Source: Vicugna vicugna
Taxonomy: Eukaryota
Length of the DNA: 64,000 nucleotides
Reading direction: 5' to 3'
Assembly: GCA_013265495.1 (NCBI GenBank)
Contig: MU062417.1
Coordinates: forward strand, 7,559,191-7,623,190
Under the pieces are notes generated by a model that was not told the origin of the DNA, did not search any database, and worked only from the letters and a program-made list of their open reading frames with translations. The translations under genes were made by a program, and so were the position numbers. Shown piece by piece: positions 23,850 to 36,389 of this stretch. How positions within the stretch are numbered: the first letter of the stretch is position 1; each line of letters begins with the position of its first letter.

Positions 23850-24023
23850 CAGCCCACCCTTGGTACTCGCGGATTTCACGTCCAGGGATGTCACATCGTG
23901 GATGCGAGGGCCGATCATACTCACTGTACTTCACTATTTTATGTCAAAGACTTGAGCATCTGAGGATTTTAGTATCCGGGGAGGCCCCTGGAGCCGATCC
24001 CCTGCGATACGGAGGGGCGATTG
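23850..24023. mobile_element. TcMar-Tigger MITE (MER2/MER46-like)
   Basis: TA-flanked TIRs cagcccacccttggta... and ...gatacggaggggcgattg. Internal gacttgagcatctgaggattttagtatcc...cctggagccgatcccc. Confidence 0.85.
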
Positions 24024-24398
24024 TAAGGAACAAGAGGGAACGATACAGGGAAAATAGGGAACATTTGGGCAGCACTGTAAAGTTTGCATAGTCTTTCCGT
24101 CTTTGGTGTTAGTCATCTCCTTCCCTGCTCACAGCGTTGCTATCCCCCCTTCCCCTGGGAGGATCCCAGGTCCATTCAGTGACTTGCTCAAGTTCACAGT
24201 TAAGGAGCAGAGCCAGGTCTTAAAGCCAGGCTGTCTGCCTCCAAGTTCTGCTTTCCCTACACAGCCGTGTTATTTTTATCCTGAACAGATTCTTCAGTTG
24301 GGAAGCAGTTTTCAAGTCTAGCTATCAACATTTGCCTCACTTGCCACCCAAGAATCAAATCAAGATGTGCTTCGGGCAAAGTAATAAAAGAGGCACCA

Positions 24399-24432
<34 letters not shown>

Positions 24433-26344
24433 CTGGCCTGACTTTGACTTGAGAAGCAATAACCTTGGGGCATATCTTTGCTTGCTTTCAATTTTGTTGT
24501 AGTTGTTTTTTAAAATTTGTTTTTGTTTTTAGTTTATCATTTTATCTGTTTGAGCCTTAATGGTACCCTCTGTAAAATAGGTTGAATAAACTTTAGGCCT
24601 TGGTCATCAAGGGAAAATAAATTAATGTTTTATGAGTCACTCAGGGGGTCTTTGAATGAAAGATTCAAGACAAGCATTAGTTTTTATCATTGTCTTAATA
24701 GCAATTTATTAAGCCCAAACCTTAGGGAATCCTGGAAGAATATATGATTTCCTCAGCCTGATTACATCTTTGAGTTTTGTAAAAGTTTATAATGGATGAA
24801 ATAGTCCTTAATGGCTTCATAAACCAAACTGTTACGCACGTTTAAATGGTCTTCACTCTTATTATCTTAACTAATGAATTTTGCCAGGCATCTCTGTTAT
24901 AGCTGTATGATTTATAACGATTATATTTACTTTTTCTCCTTATAAGAACCTAATGAGACCAAATTGGTTGCATGTAATCAGCCACTGGCCTTTTTCATTT
25001 CTTCGGGTTTTATTTACGAAAGCTTATTAGAGCAAACGTACTGAGTAATATGCAGCGATAGCTAGGTTTTGCCTAATGATCCCAAACAGCCAACACAGAA
25101 TGCAGATAATGAAATGACAGGCTGATTAAAATGCAAGGAGAAAGATAAATGTACTCAGGGCCCATTTCAAAAATCCTTACCTAGGCAGAACACCCATTAA
25201 CATGTTTTCAACCTAAGAACATCTACTTGTACAGAGACCTGGGATGAGACTGTAGTAACACGTGTCTCAGAAAATGAGGGTTGAATTCTTTGTTTTCCAG
25301 CAGTGGGACTGGGATGTCGTACAATACACAAGTGGTTGTGTGGAATGGTGATTGTGGTGGCTCCAAAGATTGGATGACCCCCCACTTTTTCAAGAGTAAC
25401 CATAGGACATCATTCACAGGCTTACATTCAACAACTGAAATAAATAATAATTTAGACCAACATGGGTATTTTCTCTTAGAATCTCTTGAGTAGAGCCAGT
25501 GTCTAATACAACCTGGACTGGTGTTACCCCAGTTAGAATTTATCACAAGTCAACCTCCCTCAAAGATATAAACAAAGCAGACGATGGCCGGGCTGGACCA
25601 GGCGCCCACCTTCATTGCTGCACCATGGCTCTGCCTAATCTTTAGTTGTCTTTCATCCAGAGCATCTTCTTTTCTTCCTTGTGATGATGTTACTTTCATT
25701 TCACTAAAACAAAGACTTGCCACACTCTCAGCAAAACATCAAACTGATTTTTTTTTCCCTAACCTGACTTCGAAGGTCCTTAGGGATGAAGACAGCTTTA
25801 TTCTTTTCCCAGATGTCAACCTTAAATGTTTCCAGCTCTCTGTAATGTTCTAGTCTGTCATGACTTGGTTGTTCATAAAACAACCCAAACTGTGTTTGAA
25901 ACCATTTATACATTTGTTTCCTCCCTGTACCACCTGTTGGTATAATGCATTTGGTGAGTTTATTTCTCTTTGGGTGAAGTTTCAGAGGGTGTTCTCTCAT
26001 CTTAGTATTTTGAGATTTGGCAAATAAATCTGTTTTCACCTTATTCATGTTATTGAAGATTTTATGGCTTCAGACAATGCTCCTGTTCTGCTTTTCACAT
26101 TTCCAGGCAACTGATACCCCAGGACCTTGGATCTCCAGTTGGTTTACGAAACCTTCCCTTCAGGCTATTTAACAAGGAGAACAGCCCTTGGGGGTGTTTA
26201 TTTACTTATTCAGGACTTTGCTCTACACGTTTGTTTTCTTCACCTAGACTATATGACACTCATCTAGAAAGATCTAAAGTAAAGGATGAAAGTAATTATG
26301 GAATCAGAGAAGGTTAGAGGCCACCTTTATTGAAGGATGAAGAA

Positions 26345-26445
26345 AGTTAGGCTTAAAGAAATAAGGTGACTTGCCCAAGGTCATATTATTAGTTAAAGAG
26401 AGACCTGGATTAGAATTGGACTCTGAGACTGAAAGAATTCTTTCC
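26345..26445 (-). mobile_element. MIR fragment
   Basis: aaggtgacttgcccaaggtcatat..ttagttaa...ggattagaatt. Confidence 0.72.
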
Positions 26446-28463
26446 AGGTTCTCATCTTGCATAAGATCAAATGGACAACTATGGCTTTTGTTTTGTTTTT
26501 TGTTTTTGTTATCCACATGTGGTCAAAAGTTCATGGTCAGAAAGGATCAAGGGTGAAATTGTAAAGTAGACAATTCCTGGCTTCAGTGCTTCTCCGTTCC
26601 CTGCGTGCCTGCCATGCTGATGAAGTTGTTCCTGGTTGTGCATTGTGTGGTGTCACTTCCTGTCTCCCACATCCATCAGTGTCACCTTGATGGGCTGAAT
26701 TTTTTGCTGCCCCCTCCTGACCTTTCCTGCTGCTTGCTCCTTTTCTCACTTCCATCAACCTGCTATGTGGCCCCTACATCAAGACTTCCTAGTCTGTTAC
26801 CACCGCGTGGCCCGGGACCCTGAGGCTAACACTCTAATCGTTTATATAAATTTCCAGCTGAGATACTCAGAGCCCCAAAGTCATGTTTCCCTCGCACTTC
26901 TTCCTCTTATTACAGTGACACAAAGAGTAAATATTGTGGAGCCCTGGAAATCATGACTGCCCCACGGGGAAGACGACTTTGCAAAGGGCCTTTTCCACAG
27001 TTGACTGCTTTTAGGTGTCTGCTTGGGCTGCAGCTGGTCCTTGTGATTCTGAACCCACCTTTTGCATAAAGGCTACAGCTCTGTCAGTTTGATCCTCCTC
27101 CCTCTTTGGGTCTTCTCTTCCCAGAGGAAGGAATGGGGTTGAAAATTAACCATGGATGTGAATAGATATTGAACTCAGCCGGGAGCAGCACGAGGGTACC
27201 CAGAAACGCGCTTGCAGGCGAGGACGCTCGAGGGAGGGTTATTTGGAGAAGAGGGGGGAGTAAAGGACCACGGAGAGCAAGTCTTCCTGTCCCCACCTAT
27301 AGCCTGTTCATTTTTTATTGTCTCTCCTCCCACAGTTTTGGTTCACTTCTTTCTCATTTCATTTTGTTTTATAGTTTTTAACCTCTTTCCTGAGTTTCTC
27401 ATGTTCTCCTTCCTGCAATACCCCTGTGGGCACATTTCTTCTGGAACCGGTGAGCAGTTTTACTGTGTTATATTGTCCTGGAGAAGTTTCCCCTGGTGAA
27501 TTCTCTCCACCTCTCCTCCTGTCTTAGCTGGCTTTAGGTGATTGGCACATTTGCCTGTGCTGTTTGGGATTCTGGATTTGAAGCGATCCTTTCCTCCTTT
27601 GCATTTCAGAGTCTAGAAAGATGGTATTTCAGAGCTTAGTGTCTTGGCTCTTTTGCTCTGAAGCATTTGAGCATAAAAGAATTTATTCCCCAAACTTTTG
27701 ATCTCCACATTTATGAGCATCTTGTAATAACAATGGTAGGAGTTATCGTCTGTCTGTTACCTTGAAGATTGCATAGTTTGTCTTCAGGGCTCACCACATG
27801 GCACTGCCCCGTCTGCCTGCTAGCGTGAAGGTTCCAGGTACCTGCTGGTTCTACCTTCCTCGTCATTGTAACTCATGTAAACTCATGAGGAGAGATGCCA
27901 GTAATTCCTCCTTTCCAAACTTTGCCCCCTTGTTGGAGAATGCTCTGCACATAATGGGCACTCAATTTTCTGGATGGGCTTGTAAATCTCAGTCCATAAC
28001 TCAGAGATTCCCAGCTCAGATTTACTGCAATTTAAGAAAATCCAGTACCTAAAGAGTAGAATTTACAGAAGTATATCTTATTTGTATTACAAATGGATTT
28101 ATCATAGGACTTCCTGTATTCGTTAATCTCCTTTAGTGGACTCATGTTATTTTTTATCTTAGAAGGTGATTCAATTTATTTGGAAAAAGTAGATGAATTT
28201 GACTAAGGGTCATATTGGTTGCATAAAATAAGAACCCTTGATTCTTTGTGACCAAGGGTTAGGCATCTCTTTTTGATTTTGATCATATAGTTATGTCATG
28301 TATAGAGGTGGCTTTATTTGTTATTATTATGAACCACAAGTTCTCAACTGTTGGGGATGGAAAGTAAGGAAAGGTGGCCTAGAGGAAAAAGAAGACCACT
28401 CTCTTGGGTTTCAGCCCTGAGACTAAAAGCTATCCTATGGGAGGTGACTTGGAATTGTAGAGA

Positions 28464-28467
28464 CGCG

Positions 28468-28507
<40 letters not shown>
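28464..28507. repeat. Compound (CG)6(CA)16 microsatellite
   Basis: Direct reading; purine/pyrimidine alternation spans 28463-28511. Confidence 0.97.
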
Positions 28508-28511
<4 letters not shown>

Positions 28512-28788
28512 ATTTCCCCCCCTTCCCAGGTAGACAGGGCACAGCCCCAGAATGACCCTGGCTTTGCTTATGGCCTGTCCTCAGCCCTGCTCTGACCTGT
28601 CCTAAGCCCTGTAAGGTGCTGTTTTTGCCCCAGCGGATAACTTTCCCAGTGACCAGGTCATCCCCATTCACAGGACCGGGCAAGGAAGGGGACACAAAGG
28701 TTCCCCAGCCGGCCCAGCTCCCAGCTCAGCTCAGCCTCGGTGGGAACACCCCTGCATCAGCTTCCCTCTGATGGAAACAGCCGACCTC

Positions 28789-29016
28789 NNNNNNNNNNNN
28801 NNNNNNNNNNNNNNNNNNNNNNNNNNNNNNNNNNNNNNNNNNNNNNNNNNNNNNNNNNNNNNNNNNNNNNNNNNNNNNNNNNNNNNNNNNNNNNNNNNNN
28901 NNNNNNNNNNNNNNNNNNNNNNNNNNNNNNNNNNNNNNNNNNNNNNNNNNNNNNNNNNNNNNNNNNNNNNNNNNNNNNNNNNNNNNNNNNNNNNNNNNNN
29001 NNNNNNNNNNNNNNNN
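28789..29016. other. Assembly gap (228 N) in GC/CpG-rich context
   Basis: N-run with GC-rich flanks (ccagccggcccagctccc...ccgacctc / tggcggtggcagaggaaacgg). Confidence 0.99.
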
Positions 29017-31724
29017 TGGCGGTGGCAGAGGAAACGGCAAGCCATTTTCTGCATCGGCTGATGCCGAGAGGGCAGAATTAAGACAAACACTTTCATTCTT
29101 GGCTGCCAAAGCGTTTTAGCTCCTGAAAAGCAAGGGAAACCACGCCATTACCCTGTAAGGAAATAAGTAAATAAAGGCCTGGCGGTGAGAGAAGCTTCTC
29201 AGTGATTTTCCTCTTGGAGGAGGAAAGGGGGTGGAACCGGTAAGGATGGGTGGGGGGTGGTGGGAAGGATGGGGAACTCATTATTTCCAGCCTCTGGAAG
29301 CTTTTGTTCTCTTCAGCTGTGGCAAGGAGGCTGCAGCTCTGGTCCCAGCTGTGCAGAAGCTTGCAAGCAGTCTAAGAAGAGGGTGATGTGTCTCCAGCAG
29401 GCGCTGCTCTGGGAGGGGACAGCTGGGCAGGAAAGTGATGGAGCAGGGCTGAGGTCACAGGGCTCCACATGCTAATCCCTGCATAGGTGCTCTTTTCCAG
29501 TGCAGCTGCAGAAGGAGAGAGAGCGTGCTGAGAGGTTTGCCTGAGGGCTTAAAGAAATTCTTCCCCCACTGTCCTGGCTTCACCGTGTCTGGGGCAGCTG
29601 CTTCAGAGAAAGGGTACTTTGGAGAGTGATGTGGGCTTCACGTTAGAGAAAACAGGGAAGAACTCAGTGGGTCAACAGCCTCCACTCCTCCATCAGCTCA
29701 GCATCGCTAATGCAGCTGGATGTATTTGTGCTCTTGCGAAAATCAATGTTTCTTCAGAACAGGTGATGTGGGACATTGGTGAGAGAGTATGAGGAGGTTT
29801 GCCTAAGAAAGGGCTTCTGGGCTGTCAAGAAGTCGGTGACTTAGTCAACAGCACATTTTAGGTGGGAACTGAGAGGTGTCACAAAGGACCCACATGAAAA
29901 AGGTCATAACAGCAGGCTCTCCGTGGAGCAGCATGGGTTTCTTGGGAATGTGACCCCCTTTGATGGACATTTGCCTTTTTCTTACCCCTAAGTACCAGCC
30001 CTGCTGCGACCCTTTTTGGGTTTCAAGAAACTTTGCATCTAGTAGACAACCTGGCCCAGATTGAAAATTGTGCAGAAGGTGGTCCATGAGATGTCAAGTC
30101 AAGCTACACGGACCATCTCAAGTCTATTTGAGGATCAAGGGACTTGCATCCAATTTCTGTGGGCCTCCTCAGTCTCCACTGCCGTCGTAGATTCTTGGTA
30201 GTGGGTTTACCTTCCTGGTTTTAGAAAATGTCAATTTCACTACAGTCCCAGAGGTCCTGGATCCACTGCGTCCCCTGTCCCTCTGACCCTGCATGGAGTT
30301 GCCTCTTTCATTTAACTGGGGAGCTGGCATCTCGCCCGTTCCCCACTAACAGACCTGCAGCGTTCAGCACTCGTTTTCCATCTGTCATTATCTTTTGTAT
30401 GCAAGGAAGTTTAACGTGCACTAAATGCAAATGGGCAATATATATTCTGAGTTTTATTAACTCTCATTTGAGCCTGTTGTTGCCAGCGAGGACTACTCTT
30501 CCTTGCCAGGATTCATCAGCAAGACCCTTGGTACTTGGTTTTCTTGGCTTGCCCCGTCTCATTTCTGAAAGCTGCTTTCTTCTAAGGTCTATTTCTGTGG
30601 AGGCCACTGTGCCCTCTTCCTCTGGCTCTTGGGGTGATGGGTGCACCCACACTTCAGATGGCAAAGTCTTTCTGGGACAGTTAACTTCAGCCACTACCCA
30701 GATTTAGTGGGGTAGGAGAATGGAGAGAAAGACCTCTCTTGCACCTGTCACCTATTTTATGTGTGACTATTTCCGCAGATAGTCAATACGACAATATTTC
30801 CTGAATTTTGGTAAAATCAAATGTTGCTGGCTAGACAGGAACATTACATCCTTTCCTCCATTTAAACATTTTTAAAAGGACCTAGTCTTGCAATAATTTC
30901 ACTTGCTTTGCAAAAGTGTTCGGTATGCTAAGTGAAAATGGTAATTCAATTTATTCTCTCAGTAGGAATCCTTGTAAGGTACAAGGCGGGGTGGGGCATT
31001 GACTACTGAAAATTAAATTGAGTCTTTGGGGCAATGGCAAAAAGATCTTGGGATTCTTGACTCTCAGGGCAAGTGCACTGACATTAGAAGTTCAGTGGGA
31101 TCAATATACCTTCTTAAATACTCACCTGACTACTTAGGGTGGCTACAAGTTATGCAACAAATTTTGATTCTGACTTTTGGGTGAGAATTGAAAGTAGTAA
31201 ATCAATGGGAAAGGCATTCTTATAATATTTTCTTGGGAGACGTAGCCAGTTCTGGTTTGAGGACGAGAGGATATCAACAGTTGAATGTTGGACACTGGCG
31301 GGGAGACATTGTGTTAAGAGGGTGCATCTGTCAAAATCATGGGATGCCAGGGCGACCGAAACTGCTCCCAAGCTGTGGTTGTAGCCGAGAGGGCACTCAG
31401 AGAATTCACAGCCATATAGCACAACGGTCTTCCTTCTAGGTCTGGAAATGTCTTAAATTAAGGGGCTTTCAAGTATTTCTGGACAGCTCTCTATATCTGC
31501 TGCTGTATAAGTGATTGTGAACTTTTCTGAGTGAATAGTTAAGGAAGAAAGGTTTTGGAGATGTCAGGACACTTCAGAAGTGTATTGCTTCAAACTTGCA
31601 CTTCCATTAAATCAATGCCGATTTAACATTCTCCAGCCCTCTCCTGCAGTGTTTCCCCAACTCATAATTCAAAAGAATATCCAAAGTGTAATGAAGTTTA
31701 TGCTCCTATGACTTTTTGAAAAAT

Positions 31725-32228
31725 ACAGGTTTATAGAGATAGAATTCCCATACCATACAATCCACTCCTATTCACAGAATTGGGCAGCTATCGCCACATC
31801 AGTTTTGGAACATTGTCATCACTCCAAAAAGAACCCCGTATCTACAAGAAGTTACTCCTCAATCCCTGGCAATTGTTAGTTTAATTTCTGTCTCCAAATT
31901 TGCCTAGTCTGGACATTTCATATAGATAGGATCCTATAATATACCGTCTTTTGTGCCTGACTTTTTTCACTTAGCATAATGTTTCCAAGGTTTATCTTTG
32001 TTGTAGCACACATCAGTACTTCATGCTTTTTGTTGCCAAGTGATACTGCATTTTATGGATACATCACACTTATTTATCCATTCATCAGTTGGTAGACATT
32101 TGGGTTGTTTCCATTTTTTGGCTCTTACGAATAATGCTGCTATGAACATTTGTATACAAGTATTTGTGTGGACATACTTTTTCATGCCTCTTGGGTACAC
32201 ACCTAGGAGCAGAATTGCTGGATCATAT
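31725..32228 (-). mobile_element. L1MB-type LINE 3' region
   Basis: tcatcactccaaaaagaacccc...tctggacatttcatata...ttcacttagcataatgtttccaaggttta...catcagttggtagacatttgggttgtttccatt...aataatgctgctatgaacattt...cctaggagcagaattgctggatcatat. Confidence 0.93.
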
Positions 32229-32823
32229 CATTGGTGTAGGCTCAGTGATAAGGCTTAGACCCTGTTTCTTGGTGACTGTAAGTTTCAATTGCTTCATGAT
32301 TTGTAGAAGTGGGTTGAACCAGCAAGGTAAAGACTTAAGCAAATTAAGGAGGAGAATTAAAATTTAAAAAAGAATCAAACACTTGAGGGATTTGATTTCA
32401 CATCCCTCAAGATGACACATACAATTAACCATCACAGGTTATGGTGGAGGCCCAACCCCATGTGTCAGCTCCACAGTGTGTGTTAAAATCCCTGGGAAAC
32501 AACTTCTTAAAGGCATGCCCAGCACAGTGGGGCGATGTGATCCCATAAATGGTTGTATAAAAAACATCCTAAAGAAAAAACTGCTTCAAAGAGACAAGAT
32601 ACATTTTCATCTGCTCTTACTTTCCTAACTCATGCCTACTCTGCCAGCATCTCAGACCATCCTTTATTACAGATTCACACAATTTGGGGAAGGTTGAAAC
32701 AGTGCCCAGGATTCAGGATAGTATATGGATCTACTAATCCTTTCAGTAGGCAATTGGAGTCTCCTTCAGGATATACATTTGGGACATAAGTTTCTCATGG
32801 CAGCCGTTGCTGCTGGTCCTGAA

Positions 32824-32957
32824 TTTAATTATTACAAACCCTTGCATTAATAAGTGCAAATGCAGCTCTGCCGGGCCAAGAATGCAGTCTTTAATTATTA
32901 CAAACCCTTGCATTAATAAGTGCAAATGCAGCTCTGCCGGGCCAAGAATGCAGTCTT
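32824..32957. repeat. Perfect 66-bp tandem duplication (2 copies)
   Basis: tttaattattacaaacccttgcattaataagtgcaaatgcagctctgccgggccaagaatgcagtc at 32824-32889 and again at 32890-32955. Confidence 0.97.
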
Positions 32958-33984
32958 CAGTCTGTGCCCAGGCTTAAAAATCACCAGCACCTTCAGAACA
33001 GAAGGGCCCTTCATATCAGTAGTGTCGCCATTTTGGAAATGTCAGTGATGGCCGCGTGTGTTCCATGGAAGGCTTTGGCTCCGGGATACGAAGTGAGCAA
33101 AGTGACCTTAGCTTTGTAGGCCCCCTTGTGTAGCATGCATGCTCTTTCTGCCGTCACGTTCCTATCTCTTAGGAATATTTTAAGCCCCTTTGGCAACTGA
33201 ACGCACTTTCTACCGACTCTGGGATATTAATGAGTTGTGTAAACAAAGAACCAGTGAAACTAATTGAAAACAGAAAAATTTAGTCAGACAGCTAGTTAGA
33301 GTCTGGGGAGAGGATCGGGGAGGCAGTGGACAGCATGGAATAGGCAACATAATGTCAGATACTCATTTTTAAAATATATCCCCCCACCGACCCTCCTCAA
33401 TGAATTTGTTGAATGCGTGAACAGGTTTCCATGAAACCAAAGCAACCAGCTGAATGGTCAGTTCAGTCAGTTAGCACTGGCTTCTTTTCAGGCTTGTTCT
33501 CAGAGGTGTATATAAATTATGCAGGGTTGGCTCCAGGCTTTTGGGCAGGTAAAAGCCCTTTGTCGGAAAGCAGTCTCTTTGCCCTCTCAAAATGTGCTAC
33601 ATTTGCAGTTCCTAAGGCAGTGTGGTTTTCTGTCACGGTAGGGTTGGACTGGAGATGGAATTCTAGTTTGAAAACTCCAAGCCAACACAGTTCGGAGCCA
33701 GAAGAGAATGGGCCCAGGGATCATGGATCCAGCTGTTGGCCTCTATTAACCAGACAGGAACTTGGAGGATGAGAAAAAGGGCTGAAACTGATGCACATTT
33801 TCTTGCATGTTTTTTTAAGCCAAGAAGTAACAATTTGTGACTATCTCCCAGCCCCCTCTCTTTCAACCAGATAGCAGCTCGCCCTCCTTTGGATCCCCTT
33901 ACAGTTTTGTGTTTGTTATTGTTATTATTATTACTTCTACTTCTTCAATCAGACGCTATAGTTTTTTGAACATTGGTCTTATTT

Positions 33985-34105
33985 CATTTTACTTCATAAA
34001 TCCTTCTTGTTTTCAGGAATGTTCGTATTTCTCTTCTTGTATTTTCCAGCCCCCTAGCACAATGAAGTATGCATGTTTCACAAATATGTGAATGAATGAA
34101 TGTGT
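33985..34105 (+). mobile_element. L2 3' terminus
   Basis: tattttccagccccctagcacaatg...caaatatgtgaatgaatgaatg, with the (TGAA)n L2 tail. Confidence 0.65.
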
Positions 34106-34394
34106 ACCCAGGTCAGTTTGAACTTTTACTAGGTTGCACGTAGAACAAGAGGAGTGAGTCAAGTTCACAAAGAGATAGTACACTCTGAAATGCTGGCAGT
34201 CGAATTTGAATGTCAAAATCTTTTTTTTCTTTTTTAACAAAGAAACCCTTTTCCCCATGGTACATAGAGGGACTTCGCTATTTTTGAAAATGTTGGACTA
34301 ACGATTCCTGCAGGTTTGTATAATGTGAAGGAAAAATTAAAAATTTTAACACTTTTTTCCTAAGTCAGTTCGTTTGGCAAATATATCCTTTATT

Positions 34395-34730
34395 AGATGT
34401 CTTATCTTTGAAACATGGCATGTATAGAAAAAGGTTTGTGAAATGTTTATGTCCAGCTTAAGGAATGGTATTAGAATAAACATCCCTCTACCCATCACTT
34501 AGGTTAAGAAATAAACTATTCCCTTAGAAATGCCTTCGTGCTTTCTCTTCTGGGAAAGCCTCATCACACATCCCTCTCTCACCCTCCCGGACCACCACTG
34601 TATGTTGACTTAATCATTTCCTGGCTATTCTTTATGCTTTAAATTTCTTTCCTTTATACTTTTAATTAGTATATACCTATGAATAGGTAGTAAACAAGGT
34701 GTTGTTTAGTGTTTTCTAAATTATATAATA
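34395..34730 (-). mobile_element. L1ME 3'UTR fragment
   Basis: ataaacatccctctacccatcacttaggttaagaaataaactattcc...accactgtatgttgacttaatcatttcctggct..ctttata is the antisense L1ME 3' end. Confidence 0.7.
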
Positions 34731-34732
34731 AC

Positions 34733-35845
34733 AATGTTCTTGGATGGAAAGATTTAATATCATAAAGATGTCAGTTATTCCCAGATTGGATTAAATTTGA
34801 TTTCCAGATTGAATTTACATAGATTCAGTAAATTTCAATAAAAATCTCAATGTTTCCATGGAGTTTGAAAATATGATTCTAAAATTTATACAGATTAGCC
34901 AAGGGTCGAAAATAGCTAAGACACTCCTGAAAAAGTGGCAAAAGATATGTGTGTGGGGGATGAGAGCCTTTACCTAACAGGTAAAATTTCTTGTAAAGCT
35001 AGAGCTCTTTAGACAGTGTGGCACTGAGTGTAGAGATTGACAAGTAGACCCGTGGAATGGGGTAATTAGACCAGAAGCAGGCCTATGATTATGCTGGAAC
35101 TTGACATACAACAGAAGCTGCCCTGCAGACCACAAGGAAGAAAAATGGTCTAGCAAACCATTATCCATATGGACAAAATAAAATTAGATCTGTACTTCAG
35201 ACCATGCACAGTAATACATGCCTTTTGAATTAAAGATGAATATGAATGTTAAGAAAGTCAAAACTATGAACATTTGAGAAGAAAATAGAGGAGAATATCT
35301 TTATGAGCTCTGGCTGTGAATGACTTCTTTCACTAGATGACTATTTAAGAAAAAGCAGAAACATAAAAGAAAAGGTTGATAAATTCAACTACATTAAAAA
35401 TAGGAACTTCTGTTCATCAAAAGAACACCATAAAGAGACAAACCATAAACTGAGAAAAGATATTTGAAACAAATGTAACTGACAAAGATTTAGTATCCTG
35501 AACATATAAAAACCTCCTATGATTCATTAAGCAATAGGAAAACAACTAAAATTTAAAATGGGCAAGAGACATGAATATAAATTTCAGAGAAGAGGTAACC
35601 CATGGCCCATAAACATATGAAAAGATGCTAAATCTCATTAGTATTCCGTAAAATGCAAATTGAAAACGCAATGGAACTTCATGTCATATCTACCAGATTG
35701 GCAAAAAGTTAATGAAAGGTCTTTCTCTACCAAACATTTGTGAGGATGTGGAGAAATGAGACAGGATCTCTCATCCATTTCTGGTGGAGTGTAAACTGGT
35801 TCAAAACTGTGTGACATCACTCAATAAATTTAAAAACACCGTATC
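34733..35845 (+). mobile_element. L1M/L1ME ORF2 C-terminal region, decayed
   Basis: atgttcttggatggaaagatttaatatcataaagatgtcagtt...gataaattcaactacattaaaaat..aacttctgttcatcaaaag...aaacatatgaaaagatgctaaatctcattagta...aaatgcaaattgaaa...gaggatgtggagaaa. Confidence 0.9.
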
Positions 35846-36389
35846 GTATTATCTTATTAATAGAAAAAGAGATGACAGGGAAGGCGGCACATTCTTGAAA
35901 TCATCACTAGATGCTCTTAGAAGTCAAACTACTGAGAAGGAAGAAAGGAAGAAAGGGGTTTATTGTTGGGGGAACTTCAATGGCTTTTTCTGAAGCTTGG
36001 CATTTTTGGATGAGTCAGTTTGTTTCTCAGGAAAACAAGTGAAATTTCATCAGTCTTGGAAACCGTTGGAGCTAAGAATTGGCTTGTGTAACTGCAGTGA
36101 TCACAACATAGATTTGCCATCCACACACCTTTTGTGGGACCTGTACTTGTGGTTTTAGGGCTGTATAAAGTTAGAAGTGAGGGGAAATCTCAGAAGTTGT
36201 CCTGTTTAAAGGCTCTGATCACCTGTCTTAAGTGGGTGAAGAAATGCAGGTCCTGACTGATGGGATACAGATTTGGGGGTAAGTTAGGGGTCAGGTTTTG
36301 AGTCACAGTGCCCGATAAATTTCTAGCTCTTCCAAGGGACTTTAAAACACGGCAATTTGACCGTGCATTTCTAGTGGCATATACCATAT

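Noticed and set aside
25182-25434. Minus-strand exon candidate within ORF 25223-25546
   Set aside because: The acceptor is AT-rich and weak, no frame stays open to the donor with recognisable homology, and the peptides are unfamiliar.
34050-34111. 62-nt exon with a strong acceptor and cag|gtcagt donor
   Set aside because: It lies within an L2 3' end whose consensus inherently supplies the pyrimidine tract and AG.
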